Of a stretch of 64,000 nt of DNA, positions 59,901-64,000 are shown in pieces (position 1 is the first letter of the stretch; every line of letters starts with the position of its first letter). A model generated the notes under the pieces. The model saw nothing but the letters and a program-made list of their open reading frames with translations, was not told the origin of the DNA and made no database searches. The stretch spans positions 1 to 64,000 of the forward strand of contig JAYWIR010000007.1 of assembly GCA_036172245.1 (NCBI GenBank), written 5' to 3'. This DNA is from Raillietiella orientalis (lineage: Eukaryota). The translations under genes and the position numbers were made by a program.

Positions 59901-62290
59901 AGGGACTCGTGCCGGTCGCACGAGGCCCGGAGCCGCTACCCTTCCCCCCACTCCTTCCAGGGATCTCATCCTCCTGGAGGGCAACTCGAAGCTGCACCTG
60001 ACAGAATGAATCCCTCTCAGTAGCAGGCGGGGCGCTCCCTGGTTACAGAAGGACTGAGGGACGGACGCGCCGCAGGTCTTGATCTCGGGGAAGGAGGCGC
60101 CCCCGGGCAGTGCTCTTTTCTTCTGGCGATCTCCTAGCGAGAACGTTGGAAGAAGACATGACAGCAGGGGACGAGGGGGGCTCCCTCCTCCTTTTCCCCG
60201 CGGTTGCCATGGCCGCAGGGGACCACGTTGCTGGCTCCCCCGGAGCGCGAGGATCCCGCAGACCACCACCCCCGTCCCCTTTCCCCTGCCGGTGGCGAAG
60301 GCACGGAGGTGGAAGGGAGGGAGGAGAGGCGGGGCGGAGAACCTCCTTGATTCCCCTTCTCCGGGAGGGGGGGAGGAAAAGGTGCGTCCCGGAAGGCCAC
60401 CGGAGAAGTCTGGAAACCTCTCGCCGCGGGGCAACGGCTCTTCTCCCCTTTCCCTCGTTGTCTTGGAGACCCTCTCCCTGCTGCCAGCAGCGAGACGGCC
60501 TCTGTGGGGGATTCCGCAGCCGCCGTCCCCATCCGCGTGCGCCGCAATCCCCCCGTCTTCCTTCCGGTCCCAGCCTCCTTCCGACAAGTAGTCTGTGCAT
60601 CCCCAAACTTCCTTCCCTGTAGGGTGCGAGACCTCCCCACGTCGACGTGTGGACGGAGCCACTCCCTCGGGGATCTCAGCCCCCCTGATAGGGTGCGCCC
60701 CCTCTCTCAGAGGCGGCTGAGGCAGCCCTCTGACCCGATGGGACACATGCAGCACACGGCAACAGTCGTAAGGGGGAAGGGGAACCGGGGGGGGGAGGAG
60801 GAAGATCTTTCTTGGGGTCCCCAGAGACGTCCCTCGGCAGTGGACGGGTGAGTCCGTCTCCAAGGAGTTCGGGGACCCGGAGGCCGGGAAGCGCACCCTC
60901 TACCGTGCCCTTCGGGACCGGACGTCCCCAGGGTGGGTGGTCTCCCCTAGAGCATGAGCATACGGAAAGGGGAGGAGAGAAGGGAAGGCCAATCCCCCTT
61001 TCTGTTGAGGGGGTTCTTTCTCCAACGGTGGAAAGAGGCCGCTTCGAAGCCGGAGGAAGAGCAGCGGAGGGAGACTCCTCCCCCCTCCTATCCTCCCGGG
61101 AGGGCCAAGGAGAACGACGAGGGCCGTTTCCCCCCCCCCCATTCGAGGAATTGGTTGGCGTGCGAAGAGACCGCCGGGCAACGGGAGAGAGGAGGAGCAG
61201 ACGGGGCGAAGGAAGGGAAGGGAAGGGGGGGAGAGAGGGAGAGGTGCATAGTCTTTCCTCCTCCCCCTCCCCGTCAATCCTCGCCCTTCCCTCCCCACAG
61301 CGGGAAAGCTCCCGCAGGTTCCCGCCAACTCGGGTTTCCCTTTGGTCTTCCGGGAATGCGGTGACGGCTACGAACGACGGCGTCGACCTTCCCGGAGTTT
61401 CGCCGTCGCCGCCTCCTCTCTCTTCCCACTCGCTCCGAAAGCGATGGACGCGCTCGCAGCGGCCTTGCCGAGAACTGCCACCGCTCGCCAACTCCTGTCC
61501 GGACGGGCGGGCGTGCACCGCCGCCGCCGCCGCCGCCGCCGCCACCCGTCGAATCGCTCCATCACGCGAGAAGCGCAATTATCCCATTACGCGGTGGTCC
61601 CGTCGATGGCGCGTAATTACAAGACCCGCGGACTCTTCCGCGCGCGCACCGTTGCGCGCGTGCGTTCTGCAGCGGGGCTGCTGCTGCTGTTTGCCTTGCT
61701 GACGGGGCGCGTGGTGGGCGCGCCCTTTCGCCGGCCGCCTCGCTTCTTCCCCTCCCCTTCTGCCCTCCCCACAGCACTCCCGCCTCCCCTCCTTCCTTCC
61801 GCCTGCCCGAGAGAATCTCCTGATTCTCCACGGCAACCGTCTCCATGCGAACGGCGCAACCACTCACGGACGGCGCGAAATGCTTCTTCCCCTTCAGCGA
61901 CACGTACCGAACGCCCCCTAGCAGAGCGCGTGTCCGTCTTTGCCTTCCCCTCTTCCTTTCTTCTCTCTCTTTTTTCTTTTGGTTTCCTTTTTTTCCTTTT
62001 CCTTTTTTGCTTCCTTCTCTCTCTCTCTCCTTTTTTTTTTTTTTTTTTTTGTCCGTGTGCGTTTCCTCGTTCCCCAGCGCGCTTCAAACAGATACGACAA
62101 CAACCATTTTGAAGTGCGGGCGCACTTGTTATTCGCGCGCGCGAGCGCGCGCCTCCCCCAGTAGTCAGTGCGATGGGGACGGTGAAGGCGGTGCCCTGCG
62201 TGCTCCGCGTGGTCACCCCGAGATGCGAGGCAGCGAAGCGTGGGGAACAGCGACCGCAAGAACGCAGATGCTGGTAGAAGGTTGTAAAGC

Positions 62291-62457
62291 ATGCTCGCCG
62301 CCGCCTTGAATAGGGCCATATCCACCACCACCACCACGCCGCTGCTGCTTGTGATCGCACTCTGCCTGGTTTTCTCCTTGTCCTGCTCGCGGAGCCAGGA
62401 CTTGTCGAGGGCCTACCACTACGTCAGCGAATTTCAAAGCTGCGACTGGAGTGGAAG
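62291..62457 (+). CDS. First coding exon of a secreted protein, possibly meteorin/meteorin-like; gene continues beyond the window
   Basis: MLAAALNRAISTTTTTPLLLVIALCLVFSLSCSRSQ signal peptide, then DLSRAYHYVSEFQSCDWSG and a phase-2 donor AG|gtttgt. CDWSG(S) resembles the meteorin N-terminal CSW(R/K)GSG. Inr-like TCAGT near 62165. Confidence 0.55.
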
Positions 62458-64000
62458 GTTTGTGTGCTGCTGCTGCTCGCGTGCCGGCGCGCCCCCCCAT
62501 TCCCATTCCCATTGTTGCGTTCGCGTTGGGTTTCCTTGGCGACGGGTGCCACGCGACCGGGGGGGGATGGATGCCCGTCCGCTCTGCGGCCAAGAAGAAG
62601 GGGCTCCAAGCATCGTCGTCGGTGCATAGAGAGAGGCAGCGCGCGCCTTTTTCCCTCTTCCTCTTCGCCGTCATCCTCTTCCTTACTCTTCTGTGCGTGT
62701 TGGAGAGCTCGGGGAATCCAAAACCTCCTCGATGAGCCCCGCGAACCGGCCAGCCTGGAAATCTCGGTGATGCCGCCTTTTTTTTTTTTCTTCTTCTTCT
62801 TCTTCTTCTTCTTCTTCTCCTCATCCCCCCCCTCCCCCCTTCAGCAACACGGCATGGCCGACCTGAAAAAGCCCAAAAGGCATTCTTCTCCCTCGTGTTT
62901 TCACGTGACGTGAATCTTCTCTGCTGTGCGACCGCGCGGATGCTGCGCCAAATTGATGCGGCGGTTTGCGCACTTTTTGTGCACATTCTGTTTGTGGAAG
63001 TGCTGCACGCTGCGCGAGTGGTTCGATTTATTTCCCCCGGATGCTGCTGCCTGCACTCGGAACACGTGTCTTCCCACGATCCGAAAAGGGGGACGATTCG
63101 CAGAGGCACCAATAAATTTTTGGTGGAGTAGGGATGCGTAGCTGTTAAATCCCCCGCGTTCACGAGTGATTGATACCTCCATTCTGGGAGCTGTTCGCAG
63201 CGTATACACGAAATCAGCGCGCGGAGAGTACTTTTTTTTTTTTCTTGTACTCGGGGAGAGTCTCCTCGTGTTTCTGAAGTGTGGCACTTGGCGTTTCCCC
63301 CGGCGAACTTACAGCGTGGAAAAGATCAACAATGATGACCCTGATGACCCCGATGAGAGCGCGCCGGTAGTCTCTCCCTGTATGGATGGATGGATGGAGT
63401 TCCTATCGATTATTGATGCTGTTCTGTGCGCGACATGGACTGAAGAAAAGCAGTTGGTCAGAGTGCTGTAAAAGCTGCATGGGAATTGAGAGGGGGAGCC
63501 GGAAAAAAAAATACCTCGTGGAAACGTGGCCTCCTAGTGCCTGTTGGTGCCCGAATCGGAAACACGGAAAAACGTGTCCCATCCGTGGTCTGCTTGGGGG
63601 GTGGGGGTGGGGCTCGGAAAGTGGTGCTCACCACCGCCGAAGAGGAATGGAGGATCCGCGAAATCGCCGTTTCGCGCATTTTCCTTTTTTTTTTTTTTTT
63701 TTTGAAGTGGACTGTTTGAACAGTTTCCGAAATGATGGATTGCAAAAAAAAAAAAAAAAAAAAAAAGGAAAGAACCACGACGGGTTAAATGCTTTTCTCT
63801 CTCGCGAGTCTTTTTTGGTAGGGTGGCGGAACTCCAGTTCCGTTGGCATGGTGATTGCGAGTGCGTTGCCAGGCGTAAGTGTGAACCAGGAAGGCGGAGG
63901 GAACGTGAAAGAGTTTTTCGAGGGCTTATCCTCAGTTCCGAGGAAAAGCACTGCGTGCTTCCTGCTGATCGTTTGTGTTTTCCTTTTTTATGTGTGTGAT

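Noticed and set aside
61342..62112. 256-aa ORF with hydrophobic stretches
   Set aside because: The hydrophobic and Arg runs come from poly-T and (CCG)n repeats; more likely promoter/5' flank of the gene starting at 62291.

Overview
Eukaryotic (animal, probably invertebrate/arthropod-like) genomic DNA. It is mostly very GC/CpG-rich and full of homopolymers and microsatellites, so most ORFs in the six-frame track are spurious. By hand I can reconstruct: (1) a complete 10-exon insulin receptor substrate (IRS/chico-type) gene on + (1185-14278, about 1078 aa; PH + PTB domains and a tyrosine-motif tail); (2) a compact 7-exon ADAP/centaurin-alpha gene on - (43728-42297, 376 aa) in an AT-rich, CpG-poor island with 44-66 nt introns, whose ArfGAP catalytic arginine is replaced by lysine; (3) the first, signal-peptide exon of a secreted protein, possibly meteorin-like (62291-62457, +), whose gene runs off the window. 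The rest is largely heavily decayed non-LTR retrotransposon debris (RTE-, CR1-, I/RNase H-, Tx1/L1- and Penelope-like), a tRNA-derived SINE family and a 5' minisatellite. I see no prokaryotic-type system such as CRISPR. The most interesting leads are the predicted pseudo-GAP, a covarying 3'UTR stem-loop shared by two Tx1-like relics, splicing options in the IRS tail, and the sharp compositional mosaic. Transposon boundaries and clade calls are approximate and were made by eye.
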